Origin: Acidimicrobiia bacterium
GTDB lineage: Bacteria; Actinomycetota; Acidimicrobiia; Spongiisociales; Spongiisociaceae
Direction: 5' to 3'
NCBI GenBank assembly: GCA_041576165.1
Contig: JBFGLM010000001.1
Coordinates: forward strand, 151,176 to 215,175
Length of the DNA stretch: 64,000 bases
The notes beneath the pieces are model-generated. The model had not been told where the DNA came from, did not search any database, and saw only the letters and a list, made by a program, of their open reading frames with translations. The stretch's first letter is position 1. Each line of letters begins with the position of its first letter. Shown in pieces: positions 19,190 through 29,816 of this stretch. The position numbers were made by a program, and so were the translations under genes.

Positions 19190-20111
19190 CAGCCACTCCT
19201 ACTCGGATGAACGAATCAATCGCCGCTGCTATCTCGCCAGCGTGCGTCAACGGTGCCTCATGGCGCGCACCCTCTAGCTCCAAGACCGTGACGTCCGCCA
19301 GCCGTAGAGCAAGATCGTACTGGTGCGTGGCGGGAATCAGCTGGTCGGACGTCGTGATGATGGCCAGCGTCGGTGCTTCGATCTCGCCGACCCACTCCCG
19401 GGAATCGAATCGCAGCGAAACGAACCCGGTCTGCCAGTACAGCTCCGGATCTCGGGACATCTGCTCGTTCCACAGCCACTTGGCGTGGGATGGCGGGAAC
19501 ACACCACGCTTGAGTAGATATCGGTACCGAGCGGCGGACAGCTCGGTGCGGCTCAACCGATCAAGGGCCCGGCTGAGCAGAAACAGCCCCCGAGATGCCC
19601 AGCGTTGCAGACCCGACATGGCGCCCGCCGACGTTCCTCCGAGGATCAGGAATCCGACCTTAGAGGGGTATCGGTGCGCCAGGCTCTGGGCCACCATCCC
19701 GCCCATGGAGTAGCCAACGACATCGACCTTCCCTAGTCCCAGTTCGTCGATCACGCCGGCCACATCGTCGGCGGCGTCCGAGATTTCGTACCTCCCCCGC
19801 CTCCGAGCTGATCGGCCGTGGTTGCGCTGGTCGATCATCACCACATCGCGCGATTGCGCAAGCAGTGGTGCGATTCGCTGCCAAACGATCGCACTGTGGT
19901 CTCCCCACCCGTGTATCAGCACGATAGGAGGACTCTCGGGCGTGCCGACTCGCCGGATGAAGAACTCGTGCTCGTCCACAAACAGGCTACGGCCGGGCAC
20001 CGGCCACGGGTGCACCTGTGGGGCCGGCGGACGCGGCCGCGGCTCGGGGCCGAATAACCGCCAGACCAGGCAGGCCCCCGCGACCGGCATCGCCCAGTCG
20101 CGCAACCTCAC
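19179..20111 (-). CDS. Alpha/beta fold hydrolase
   Basis: LIHGWG, DQRNHGRS, GYSMGG nucleophile, GARH; GTGA overlap with the selD stop. Confidence 0.92.
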   Translation of the reverse strand: MRLRDWAMPVAGACLVWRLFGPEPRPRPPAPQVHPWPVPGRSLFVDEHEFFIRRVGTPESPPIVLIHGWGDHSAIVWQRIAPLLAQSRDVVMIDQRNHGRSARRRGRYEISDAADDVAGVIDELGLGKVDVVGYSMGGMVAQSLAHRYPSKVGFLILGGTSAGAMSGLQRWASRGLFLLSRALDRLSRTELSAARYRYLLKRGVFPPSHAKWLWNEQMSRDPELYWQTGFVSLRFDSREWVGEIEAPTLAIITTSDQLIPATHQYDLALRLADVTVLELEGARHEAPLTHAGEIAAAIDSFIRVGVADDA

Positions 20112-21151
20112 CCGTGGACCTCGATCCGCCCGGCCTCGCCCTCTGCCACCTCTCCGATGATCGCAGCCGTCACATTGCGCGCGGCCATCTGTTCCAGCAG
20201 AGCTTCCGCTGCGTCGGGGGAAATCGAGAGCAGCAGGCCCCCGCTGGTTTGCGCGTCGGCCAGGATCTTGATCATGACGTCGTCCACGCCGTCGACTTTC
20301 AGATGGGGGGTCACAGACTCCAGATTGCGACCGCTGCCACCGGGATACACGCCGGCCTCAGCAAGAGCAAGCACGCCATCGAGCAGCGGGACGGCCCCGG
20401 CGAAGACCGACGCTCGCAAGCCGGACCCGACCAAGATCTCACGGAGATGGCCGAGCAGTCCGAACCCCGTCACGTCGGTGCCCGCGCTGACCCCTACAGT
20501 CCGTGCTGCGTCCGCCGCGCGATCGTTCAGCTCTACCATCGTCTCGATCGCGGCCGCGATCACCCCCGGCTCGGCCTTCCCTTCCTTGATGGCCGTGGCG
20601 ATGATTCCCGTGCCCAGCGGCTTGGTCAGCACCAGCACATCGCCGGGTCGGGCCCCGTCGTTGGTGATGAGGTGCTCGGTCTGCACCGTGCCGGTGACGG
20701 CGAACCCGTACTTGGGCTCGGCGTCGTCGATCGAGTGGCCGCCGACAATGGTGCAGGCGGCCGCCGCCATCACATCGGCGCCACCCTCCAGCACCCGGCC
20801 CAGCACCTCGAAAGGTATCGCGTCCCGGGGCCAGCCGATCAACTGCAGTGCAGTGGCCGGAACTCCACCCATCGCATATACATCCGAGAGGGCGTTGGCC
20901 GCGGCGATGCGACCCCAGTCGTACGGGTCGTCGACGACCGGGGTGAAGAAATCGACCGTCTGTACGATCGTTTCACCGCCGGGCAGACGAAAGACGCCTG
21001 CGTCGTCCGAGGTCGTGAAACCGACCAGCAGGTCAGGGTGGGTCGTCGAGGGATGGGATGTCAGAGGGCGCAGGACCTGCGCCAGCTCGCCGGGACCGAG
21101 CTTGCAGGCTCAACCCGCCCCGTGAGAGAACGACGTCAGTCGCACGTCCAT
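20108..21151 (-). CDS. selD: Selenophosphate synthetase SelD, selenocysteine-containing (TGA 21112-21110 = U14)
   Basis: MDVRLTSFSHGAG-TGA-ACKLGP continues in frame to DDAGV, TVDFFTP, NALSDVYAMGG, GGHS, DVTGFGL and DAQTSGGLL. Confidence 0.96.
21067..21109 (-). promoter_or_regulatory. Candidate bacterial SECIS of selD
   Basis: After UGA: hairpin AGCUCG/CGAGCU (+8..+26) and perfect GGCGCAG-GUC-CUGCGCC (+27..+43). Confidence 0.65.
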
Positions 21152-21319
21152 GTTCACCGCCTTTCGCACCCGAGTTTGGCAGACCACGCCGGTATGAGCG
21201 GCGCCGCCCGTTCGAGCACCGGCCCGCAGCTTGCCTTCCGAGTCGTGGCCCATCGCTGGGGGCCTCACAGGCGGTCACAGGGTTCCCGAGTATTCCGAGT
21301 GCGCCTATCCTGGCCCGTC

Positions 21320-21796
21320 ATGACCAGCGAGACCACCTGGCTCACGCCCACCGCTCATCGGAAGTTGGTGGAGGAGCTGGAAAACCTCACAACTGAAGGA
21401 CGGCGAACGATCGAGGAGCGGATCGCCGAGGCGCGCTCCCACGGGGACCTCCGCGAAAACGCCGATTACGACGCGGCCAAGAACGAACAGGGCATGATGG
21501 AGGCCCGGATACGGCAGATCAGACATCTGCTCGACACCGCCGAGGTGCGGGAGGTGGCCGACAGCGACGTGGTGACGGTCGGCAGCGTCGTGACCGTACG
21601 CGATGACGATGGAGACGAACTCGATTACTTCGTTGCGATGCCCGAGAACAAGGTCGACGGCTATCTGCTGGCGTCCCCATCGGGACCGCTGGGGGAGGCA
21701 CTGCTCGGAGCAGCCGAAGGTGACGACGTCACGTACCAGGCGCCGGGCGGCAGCTTCACAATCAAAGTCGTGGGCATCCGACCCTTCGACGGCTGA
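21320..21796 (+). CDS. greA: Transcription elongation factor GreA
   Basis: ARSHGDLRENADYDAAK and SPSGPLGEALLG motifs. Confidence 0.96.
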   Translation: MTSETTWLTPTAHRKLVEELENLTTEGRRTIEERIAEARSHGDLRENADYDAAKNEQGMMEARIRQIRHLLDTAEVREVADSDVVTVGSVVTVRDDDGDELDYFVAMPENKVDGYLLASPSGPLGEALLGAAEGDDVTYQAPGGSFTIKVVGIRPFDG

Positions 21797-21879
21797 TCAG
21801 CGCCTCGAGGGCGGAACCAGGACTTCCCACAAAACCGGTACTCTGGCGCTGCTTGTGACCAGCACCAGGAAGGCGTCCC

Positions 21880-23253
21880 GTGCGTTTTCGCCTCCAACAC
21901 CCGCGCCAGTTTGCCCAGCGTCTGCGCCAAGAGGCGCGGAAAAGCCCGCGCGACGTCGAGGACTACCTCGACGCCAATGCGGCTCAATGGGAGGCGCTGG
22001 TAGAGGCCGATCCGCATGACGCTGCCGACATTCTCGAGGAGCTGGGTCCCGACGCCGCCTCCGACCTGATCGAGACTCTGGACCCTGACCAGGCGGGTCC
22101 CGTCATCGAAGAGATGGGGACGGAACTGGCCGCCGAGCTGTTCGATGAGCTCGAGTCCCGTGACCAAGTGCTGTTGCTGAGCAGTGTCGACACCGACACT
22201 GCGGCCGACATTCTGGGCGTCCTCGACGACGACGATCGCCTGGAGCTGTTGGCCCTGCTCCCGAGCCGGACGGCGGCCGAGGTGCGAAGGCTGCTGCTAT
22301 ATCCGCCCGATTCAGCCGGCGGTTTGATGACCACCGAAGTTGCGTCACTCCCGGTCGGCCTGACGGCCGGCGAGGCGATTGAGCGACTGCGGCGTATGAA
22401 TCAGGAGCTCGACGACCTGTCATACGTGTATGTCGTCGACGATGACTATGTGCTGGTGGGAGTCGTTTCGTTTCGGGACCTCGTTTTCGCCCGTCCCGGC
22501 ACCGGGCTCGACGAGACCATGATCCCCGAGCCAATGTCAGTCACCCCCGACGCCGACCGCGAGGCCGTATCGGACCTGACCCAGCGCTACAACCTGTTCG
22601 GTTTGCCGGTCGTGGACGCCGCGGGGCGCCTGATTGGGATGGTGCGTAATGAAGCTGTGATCGAAGCGATCCGGCGCGAAGCATCCGAGGATTTCGCGGC
22701 GGCAGTCGGTGCCGGTGTTGAGGAGTCGGTGTTCAGTCCGATCCACCAGTCGGTACGGATGCGTTTGCCGTGGCTCATCATGAACCTGGTGATGGCGTTG
22801 CTCGTCGCACTGGTCATCGAACGCCAGAGCGGGATCATCGAACAGCATGGGGTGCTGGCGGCGTTGATGCCGGTAGTGGCTTTGCTCGGGGGCAACTCCG
22901 GAGCCCAATCGCTCGCAGTAGTGATCCGGGGACTCGCTTCCGATCAACTGCCCTCGAGCCGGGTTTCGTCAATCCTGGGACGGCAGGCCACGGTCGGAGC
23001 GCTCAACAGCATCCCGATTGGTTTGCTGGCGGCTGCGATCGGAGCGACTTTCGGCGGAATCGACTTCGCGATCATCATGGCGGTGGCCATCATGGCCAAC
23101 CTGACGATTGCGTCGTTCGCCGGAGCTGCTATCCCACTCGCGCTCCGGGCGCTGGGGCTGGACCCGGCGCTGGCCTCGAACATCTTCCTGACGCTTCTCA
23201 CCGACATCATCGGGTTCGGCGGTTTCCTGGCGGTGGCGTCGATCCTGTTGTGA
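21880..23253 (+). CDS. mgtE: Magnesium transporter MgtE
   Basis: YPPDSAGGLMT, CBS pair, RLPWL, GGNSGAQ, DPALAS and TDIIG motifs. Confidence 0.95.
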   Translation: MRFRLQHPRQFAQRLRQEARKSPRDVEDYLDANAAQWEALVEADPHDAADILEELGPDAASDLIETLDPDQAGPVIEEMGTELAAELFDELESRDQVLLLSSVDTDTAADILGVLDDDDRLELLALLPSRTAAEVRRLLLYPPDSAGGLMTTEVASLPVGLTAGEAIERLRRMNQELDDLSYVYVVDDDYVLVGVVSFRDLVFARPGTGLDETMIPEPMSVTPDADREAVSDLTQRYNLFGLPVVDAAGRLIGMVRNEAVIEAIRREASEDFAAAVGAGVEESVFSPIHQSVRMRLPWLIMNLVMALLVALVIERQSGIIEQHGVLAALMPVVALLGGNSGAQSLAVVIRGLASDQLPSSRVSSILGRQATVGALNSIPIGLLAAAIGATFGGIDFAIIMAVAIMANLTIASFAGAAIPLALRALGLDPALASNIFLTLLTDIIGFGGFLAVASILL

Positions 23254-23260
23254 GGCGGTT

Positions 23261-24847
23261 TCAGCCGGCTCGGGCGATGGGCATCTCCACGACTGTCCCT
23301 TCACGCCGCAGCATACGGGCGAACTCATGCACCACCTCGGCGTCGAAAAGGCTTCCGGCGTTGGCCTCGAGTTCACCCAGTGCCGCCGGGCCCGACAGTG
23401 GCGCCCGGTAGGGACGGGCCGACGTCATGGCATCGAACGCATCGCAGACCAGGACGATGCGGGCCAGATCCGGGATATCAGCGGCCCCGAGGCCGTCGGG
23501 ATACCCGGTGCCGTCAAGGTGCTCGTGGTGCCAGAGGACGGTTTGAGCTACCTCAGGCGCCACCGATCGCTCCAGCATCTGGTACGCCGCTCGGGGATGC
23601 AGCCGGATCAACTTCCACTCTGCCTCGCCCAATGGCCCGGCCGCGGCAAGCACGGAATCCGGCAGCGAAAGACGGCCGACGTCATGCAACAACGCGGCAG
23701 CCCGGAGATGCTCGAGCCGGCTGCCCTCGACCCCGAGTCGGGCGCCTAGCGCCACGACCAGTTCGCCGACGCGCTCCGAGTGCTCAGCGAGCGATGCGGA
23801 TCGCACCCGGAGCGCCTCCAGCAATGCTCCGGTTGCGGCCCCAGGCCCACCCGCAGGTGACCGGCGGGGAGTCATGTTGGCCGAATCCACCGCTTCCACG
23901 CGGTTCTTGCCGCTTGCTTTGGCGCGGCGCAGCGCGGCATTCGCCAGGTCAACCAGCTCATCTCGATCAGCTGCGTGGTCCGGGTAGACCGCCACGCCGA
24001 TGCTGACCGTCACCGGACCGACACCCGGAATGGCAGCCTCGGCGGTCGCGCGCCGGAGCCGTTCACCGGCCTGCAGCCCACCGTGTACGTCGGTCTCTGG
24101 CATCACCACGCCAAACTCTTCGCCCCCAAGCCGGCAGGCGACATCGACTTCGCGCGTCTCGCGCCGGAAGACTTCCCCGACCGCTCGTAACACCGAGTCG
24201 CCGGTGGCGTGGCCGTGCGTGTCGTTGATCATCCGGAAGCCGTCGAGATCCGCGACGACAATCGCGAGCGACCGTTCATAGCGGCGGGAGCGTTCGAGTT
24301 CTTCGGCGAAGCGATCAAAGAAGTAGCCGTGGTTCTTCAGCCCGGTCAGCCAGTCCGTCACAGACAGAGTCTGCAGTTGTGCCACGGTGCGCTCCAGTTC
24401 GATGTTGCGGGCGCGCTCCCGCTGATAGAGGTTCTGCACTTCCTCCAGCACGGGGCGGCTGGCCTCCGCCGAGAGCAGCCCGGTGCCGGACCGCACCGCC
24501 CGGATGGCACCGACCAGCTCGGCCGGTTTGCCCTTGACCACGTACGCGGCGGCGCCGGCCGCCACCATCTCACCCAGCCGGCCGGCCTGGCTGAAGCTGG
24601 CGAGAGCCACGATCTCGACCCGATGATCAACGACCTGGCGGATACGGTGGGCCAGCGCGGGCGCGCCCGAACCTGGTATGTCCATGTCGAGGACGACGAC
24701 ATCCGGCCTCATCGCCGCTGCGGCCTCGACGGCCGCCAGCTCCGTACCCACCCGGGCAACTACGTTGAATCCAGCAGTGGCGAGAATGCTCGACGACGCG
24801 GCCAGCGCCGTCGGATCAGGATCTACCAGCATTACACAAATGTCCAC
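23261..24847 (-). CDS. Response regulator with REC, GGDEF and HD-GYP domains
   Basis: PDVVVLDMDIP; DWLTGL, NDTHGH, RLGGEEF; LHDVG, HHEHLDGTGYP. Confidence 0.92.
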   Translation of the reverse strand: MDICVMLVDPDPTALAASSSILATAGFNVVARVGTELAAVEAAAAMRPDVVVLDMDIPGSGAPALAHRIRQVVDHRVEIVALASFSQAGRLGEMVAAGAAAYVVKGKPAELVGAIRAVRSGTGLLSAEASRPVLEEVQNLYQRERARNIELERTVAQLQTLSVTDWLTGLKNHGYFFDRFAEELERSRRYERSLAIVVADLDGFRMINDTHGHATGDSVLRAVGEVFRRETREVDVACRLGGEEFGVVMPETDVHGGLQAGERLRRATAEAAIPGVGPVTVSIGVAVYPDHAADRDELVDLANAALRRAKASGKNRVEAVDSANMTPRRSPAGGPGAATGALLEALRVRSASLAEHSERVGELVVALGARLGVEGSRLEHLRAAALLHDVGRLSLPDSVLAAAGPLGEAEWKLIRLHPRAAYQMLERSVAPEVAQTVLWHHEHLDGTGYPDGLGAADIPDLARIVLVCDAFDAMTSARPYRAPLSGPAALGELEANAGSLFDAEVVHEFARMLRREGTVVEMPIARAG

Positions 24848-24933
24848 GAATCACCTCCCCAGCCTCCCAGGAGTATCGGCCGATGGGCGCGGGACTTGAA
24901 CGCGAACAGTGGTTAGATCACGGAGTGTGGTGG

Positions 24934-25470
24934 TCAGGACCCGATCACGATGCCGGTGAGATCCGAGTACGGACCGCGGAAGGTGACATCCACCCCGTCC
25001 ACCAGCTCCAGAAAGGTGTGTTGCTCGAGCAGCGCTTCCTGCTCCGGCGTGAGCTCGTCGGCCAGCGCCAACGCAACCACCTCCGGGTCGTCCACTACGG
25101 TGGCGGTGAGCGGCCGGAACCGGTCGACGATATCGAACACGAGGTTCTCGAGCTCGACATTGGTATAGGTTCCCGGCTCGACCAATACGACGAGCTCTTC
25201 TCCGTCGGTCGATTCGACGCGCTCGACCACCTCATACGAGGGCATGCCTGCGACCAGGTTGGGAGCGTCTCCCGTCTCCTCTGCTGCCGTGGTTGTCGTC
25301 GTTGGGGCGGTGCTGGCGGGAGTGGTATCGGGCGCGGCGACCGTGCTTGGAGCCGACGTCGGTTCAGGGGCCGAGGTTGTGCCGGGCGTGTCCTCGCCCC
25401 GGTCACAGGCAGCAGCCAGTAAGACCATCGCCGTCATGGCGCCGACCACGAGTGTCCTGCGCATGTCCAT
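24934..25470 (-). CDS. Hypothetical lipoprotein
   Basis: Lipobox LAAAC, Thr/Pro linker; exact start uncertain. Confidence 0.75.
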   Translation of the reverse strand: MDMRRTLVVGAMTAMVLLAAACDRGEDTPGTTSAPEPTSAPSTVAAPDTTPASTAPTTTTTAAEETGDAPNLVAGMPSYEVVERVESTDGEELVVLVEPGTYTNVELENLVFDIVDRFRPLTATVVDDPEVVALALADELTPEQEALLEQHTFLELVDGVDVTFRGPYSDLTGIVIGS

Positions 25471-25774
25471 CACACTCCCTTCGGCCAACTAACGCCGACG
25501 GTCGGCGGCGCAGTTCCCCTCCGAACGATAGGAGCACTTGACCAGGCCGGCCGCAAGCGTCATGGTACCGGTTCCAGGGGCGCACCAACACGGGCGGTGC
25601 ACACTTGGTCACCATTTGTGTTATCGGCGGTCAACCGCCATTGCCCGACACGTGCGGATTGTCCTAAATGTGATCTATTCTGTCGATGCGCTCAAATAGT
25701 TTTCGGATTCCAGCTCATTGGCCCGCCACGCGGGCCAAACATGTGCGTAGGATGACAAGGAGGATGGGGGTCAG

Positions 25775-27190
25775 GTGAGAGTAAAGCTGGGGTTCGCCAT
25801 TCTCGGCGTCCTGCTGCTTGTGCCCGCCGTCGCGCGAGGCCACAACCAGCCTGGACGTACTGGCTGCCAGCCCACGACCCTCGAGACGTTGTTCCCCCCG
25901 ACGACGACCAAAACGCCAGATGCCCCGAGCGTGTCGGTCGAGAACGGTCCTTCACTCAAGCAGCGCAAGCGTTCGCTGACCCAGTGCGCGTTCGTGTATT
26001 CGATGGTCTACCCGGTCGCGGTCGAATCGCCGCGGATCTCATCTTTCGGCGCCGACCGTGACGGCGGCACGCGCAAACACAAGGGCACCGACATCGCGGC
26101 ACCAAAGATGACCCCGGTGGTCGCGGTTGCCGACGGCGAGGTGCATTGGATCCGTGACACAATGGGCGGCGATTGCTGCGCGATGGGCGTGCGCCACGAC
26201 GACGGCTGGCGGTCGTACTACATCCATCTCAACAACGACACGTACCGGAGCGACGACGGTCAAGGATTCGGGATTGCTCCGGGAATCGAGCTGGGTAGCC
26301 GGGTGGAGGCCGGGCAAGTGATCGGCTTTGTTGGCGACTCGGGCAACGCAGAGACGACCCCACCCCACCTCCATTTCGAGCTGCGGACCCCTGGCAACGT
26401 CGCGATCGATGCAGCACCGAGCCTGACTGCTGCCGCCCGGGCAATGAACATCGCAGCCCACAACGCCAACGGTGAGGTCGCCGTTTCCCAGCCACCCGAC
26501 GGCGCACTGGCCGCCGACCTCGACGTGATCGGGAGCGAGGCGACCAAGGGCAAACAGGGCGCAGCCAGCGACATCCAAGGCACATCGTCGATTCCCCTCG
26601 GCACGTTGCGGACACCATTCCGCGGTGCGTACACCGACGACGACCTCTCGCGCCACGCAACCGCCATCGACCTGCTTGCGTCGGTGGGCGTGCTCACGGG
26701 ATGCGAAACCGGTCTCGAGTTCTGCCCGACTCGGCCGGCCACGGGCGAGACCGTGACGAACTGGCTCGAGCGATCGCTGAACATAACGGTCGACCCGGCC
26801 CGCATCCTCACCTACGGATCCTCGGGCATCGATCTCGAGCAGGCCCTCATGGAACAGCTGACGGCCGGAATGACGACGGAGGCGATCCGGGGATGCAGCG
26901 ACCGCCGCTATTGCAGCGACGAGCCGCTCACTCGGGGCGAGTTCGCGGCGCTGGTCGTGGGAGCGCTAGACCTGGGCGGCAGCGCCCGTGATTTCTTCGT
27001 CGATGACGATGGACATCGATTCGAGCCTCATATCGACCTGCTGGTCCGGGAGGGCATCTTCGATACATGCGCCGAGCCCGGATCACCCGAGTTCTTGCCC
27101 GACCAGCCCATCAGCCGGGGCGAGGTCGCGACCTACATCTCCCGGGTGGTCGGCCTCACTAGAAGCCTCTCTTGCGCCGGCATCGACTAA
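25775..27190 (+). CDS. Secreted M23 peptidase with C-terminal SLH-like repeats
   Basis: HKGTD, YIHL, GDSGNA and PHLHFE; LTRGEFA and ISRGEVA SLH motifs. Confidence 0.9.
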   Translation: MRVKLGFAILGVLLLVPAVARGHNQPGRTGCQPTTLETLFPPTTTKTPDAPSVSVENGPSLKQRKRSLTQCAFVYSMVYPVAVESPRISSFGADRDGGTRKHKGTDIAAPKMTPVVAVADGEVHWIRDTMGGDCCAMGVRHDDGWRSYYIHLNNDTYRSDDGQGFGIAPGIELGSRVEAGQVIGFVGDSGNAETTPPHLHFELRTPGNVAIDAAPSLTAAARAMNIAAHNANGEVAVSQPPDGALAADLDVIGSEATKGKQGAASDIQGTSSIPLGTLRTPFRGAYTDDDLSRHATAIDLLASVGVLTGCETGLEFCPTRPATGETVTNWLERSLNITVDPARILTYGSSGIDLEQALMEQLTAGMTTEAIRGCSDRRYCSDEPLTRGEFAALVVGALDLGGSARDFFVDDDGHRFEPHIDLLVREGIFDTCAEPGSPEFLPDQPISRGEVATYISRVVGLTRSLSCAGID

Positions 27191-27209
27191 TCAACCGCGC
27201 ACGAGGGGA

Positions 27210-28019
27210 TCAGTTGGCCCCGAGTTCCTGCTCGACCAGCACCCGCAGATCGTCGGCCAACCGAGTGGTGACCGGTCCGCAGTCGAAGCTCCCGTGGTCC
27301 ACAGCTGAGACCGGGGTCACCTCCCGCACCGTTGACCACACCATCACCTCAGCAGCCTCGAAGAGCCGTTCAATGCCCCATTCTCCTTCTCGCGCCGGGA
27401 TGCCGGCGCCGGCGCAAAGCTCGAGCGCCACCCGGCGGGTGATCGAGTCCAGGATGCCCAGCCGTAGCGCAGGAGTTTCGACGATGTCGTTGTGCACCCA
27501 TGCGATCGAGCTGGTGGGCAGCTCCAGCACCTGACCGTCGCGACCGATCAGCAACGCATCGTCGTATCCGTCCTGTTCTGCCACACGGGTTGCCGCCATG
27601 TTGGGCGCATACGACAGCGTCTTGACGCCCGCCAGTTCCCACGCCGCCCCGGCCGGGTGCCACGGCGCCGGTACCGATCGCAGCCGGAGTGATTCCGCCC
27701 GCTCCGGCACCGCCAGCGGCAGTACCACCACGGTGCTCCCGGCACCATCGGGACCGCCGGAGGCGAGTACGCGCACGGCGCAGTCCCCTGCATCGGCCGC
27801 CACCCGCTCCGACCACGCCTCGAGGTCGGCCCGGGCCGGCAAGGCGATGTCCAACGCTGCCGCGCTGCGAGCCAGCCGATCCAAGTGGTCCCCCAACCGG
27901 AAAAGGCGCCCGCCATACGACCGGATCGACTCGAAGCAGCCGTCGCCGCGCGTCACCATCGGATCGAAGACCGAGATCGAGGCATCGGCACTGGCCGCAC
28001 CGTTGACCAGAACCGTCAT
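27210..28019 (-). CDS. Aminotransferase class IV (PabC/IlvE-like)
   Basis: RGDGCFES, HLDRL, KTLSY and GILDSITR motifs. Confidence 0.92.
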   Translation of the reverse strand: MTVLVNGAASADASISVFDPMVTRGDGCFESIRSYGGRLFRLGDHLDRLARSAAALDIALPARADLEAWSERVAADAGDCAVRVLASGGPDGAGSTVVVLPLAVPERAESLRLRSVPAPWHPAGAAWELAGVKTLSYAPNMAATRVAEQDGYDDALLIGRDGQVLELPTSSIAWVHNDIVETPALRLGILDSITRRVALELCAGAGIPAREGEWGIERLFEAAEVMVWSTVREVTPVSAVDHGSFDCGPVTTRLADDLRVLVEQELGAN

Positions 28020-29725
28020 CCGCCCCGCCAGCCGTTGGTGATGGGCAGCCGCCGATCACGCCCGAAGGCCTTGGTCGTGATCTTGACGCCCGGGGCGGCT
28101 TGCCGGCGCTTGTATTCGTTGAGGTCGACCATCCGCGCCACGCGCCGCACGGTGTCCGGGTCGAACCCGTCGGCGATGATCTGGTCTATCGAAGCATCCT
28201 GTTCGATGTAGCGAGAGAGGATTCCATCGAGGATCTCGTATTCGGGCAGGCTGTCCGAATCCTTCTGATCGGGTCGCAACTCGGCCGATGGCGGCTTGGT
28301 GATTATGGAGGTTGGAATGACTTCGCCCTTGGTGTTTCGCCACACGGCCAGCTGGTAGACCAGGGTCTTGAACACGTCTTTGAGCACGGCATAACCACCG
28401 GCCATATCGCCATAGAGCGTCGCGTATCCCACCGCCATCTCCGATTTGTTGCCGGTAGCCACAACCATCTCGCCGTGCTTGTTCGATATCGCCATGAGCA
28501 GCGCCCCCCGAATGCGCGCCTGGATGTTCTCTTCTGCCACCCCGAAAGGGCTTCCTGCGAACACGGGCCGCAACGCCTGCAGATACGCGGCGAAGATGTC
28601 GTCCATGGGGATCTCGTCGAACCGGATGCCCAACCGAGCCGCCAGGTCCTTCGAATCCAGAACCGACCCCTCAGAACTGAAACGGGACGGCATCGTAACG
28701 CCGCGCACCGAGCCCGGACCGAGCGCATCTGCCGCAATCGCGGCAGTGAGCGCCGAGTCGATGCCACCCGAGAGGCCCACAACCACCTTGGAGAAGCCAT
28801 TCTTGCGCACGTAGTCGCGCAGTCCTACCACCAACGCCTGGTACACCTCTGCGAGTGGCTCGAGCAGCTCGGTGGAGGCAGGGCTCGCCAGCTCAGCTGG
28901 AGCTTGGATCGGCTCCGACCGGACTGTGACAGTCTGGTTGGAGGTGGGCGCCGCAGGCACCTCTACGTCGACGATGAAGTTCATCTCGGCAAACGACGGC
29001 GCCCGGAACGCCACGCGGCCCGAATGGTCGAACACGATGCTCCCGCCATCGAAGACCAGCTCGTCCTGGCCGCCCACCCGATTGAGATAGACCACCGGAA
29101 CCGAGGAGACAACCGCCTGGCGGCGAACGAGCTCGATCCGTTCGCTGCCTTTGCCGTAGTGGAACGGTGAGCCGTTGATGTTGAGAAGGATTTGGGCGCC
29201 TGCTCGCGCCTGCCGGGCCGGTGGGCCGTCCGCTACCCAGATGTCTTCGCAGATGGAAACGCCCACCCTGACGCCGCCCACGTTCCACACCGCGTCGGCG
29301 TCGCCGCCCGGGGTGAAGTAGCGGTCTTCGTCGAACACGCCGTAGTTCGGCAGCAGCACCTTGTGGTAGATACCCCGGATCTCACCATCGTGCAGCAGCG
29401 CGCACGCGTTGGCCACAAACCGGTTGATCGCATCGTCGGGGGCCAGGTGATTGGCAACCGCACGATCGACGAACCCGACAACCGACGTGACGCGCTGGGC
29501 CCGTTCGGCCAGCCGGCGAACGGCGGCCAGATTGGCGTCGACAAACGCTTGGCGGATGACGAGGTCCTCCGGTGGGTAGCCGGTCACGGTCAGTTCCGGG
29601 AATACGAGTACATCCACCCGGTGCGACTCGGCCCATTCCATCAAATCGGCAACGCGCGCTTCGTTGGCGCTGATATCCCCCACCTGCAGGTCGATCTGGG
29701 CACCCGCGACCCTGATGGTTTGCAC
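28016..29725 (-). CDS. nadE: Glutamine-dependent NAD+ synthetase
   Basis: Nitrilase domain FPEL..GYPPED, ICEDIW; SGGIDS, ENIQAR, TGNKSE and PPSAEL motifs. Confidence 0.97.
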   Translation of the reverse strand: MQTIRVAGAQIDLQVGDISANEARVADLMEWAESHRVDVLVFPELTVTGYPPEDLVIRQAFVDANLAAVRRLAERAQRVTSVVGFVDRAVANHLAPDDAINRFVANACALLHDGEIRGIYHKVLLPNYGVFDEDRYFTPGGDADAVWNVGGVRVGVSICEDIWVADGPPARQARAGAQILLNINGSPFHYGKGSERIELVRRQAVVSSVPVVYLNRVGGQDELVFDGGSIVFDHSGRVAFRAPSFAEMNFIVDVEVPAAPTSNQTVTVRSEPIQAPAELASPASTELLEPLAEVYQALVVGLRDYVRKNGFSKVVVGLSGGIDSALTAAIAADALGPGSVRGVTMPSRFSSEGSVLDSKDLAARLGIRFDEIPMDDIFAAYLQALRPVFAGSPFGVAEENIQARIRGALLMAISNKHGEMVVATGNKSEMAVGYATLYGDMAGGYAVLKDVFKTLVYQLAVWRNTKGEVIPTSIITKPPSAELRPDQKDSDSLPEYEILDGILSRYIEQDASIDQIIADGFDPDTVRRVARMVDLNEYKRRQAAPGVKITTKAFGRDRRLPITNGWRGG

Positions 29726-29816
29726 GGGCCCACCTTAGATGGGTGGCCAACGCCAAATCCCTCAGGTGAATCGGCGTTCGATGCGACGATATGATGACCG
29801 CCCCGACGAAAGCCAC

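Noticed and set aside
25490-25775. c-di-AMP or c-di-GMP riboswitch upstream of the M23 gene
   Set aside because: Consensus motifs not recognisable by eye; needs an Rfam scan
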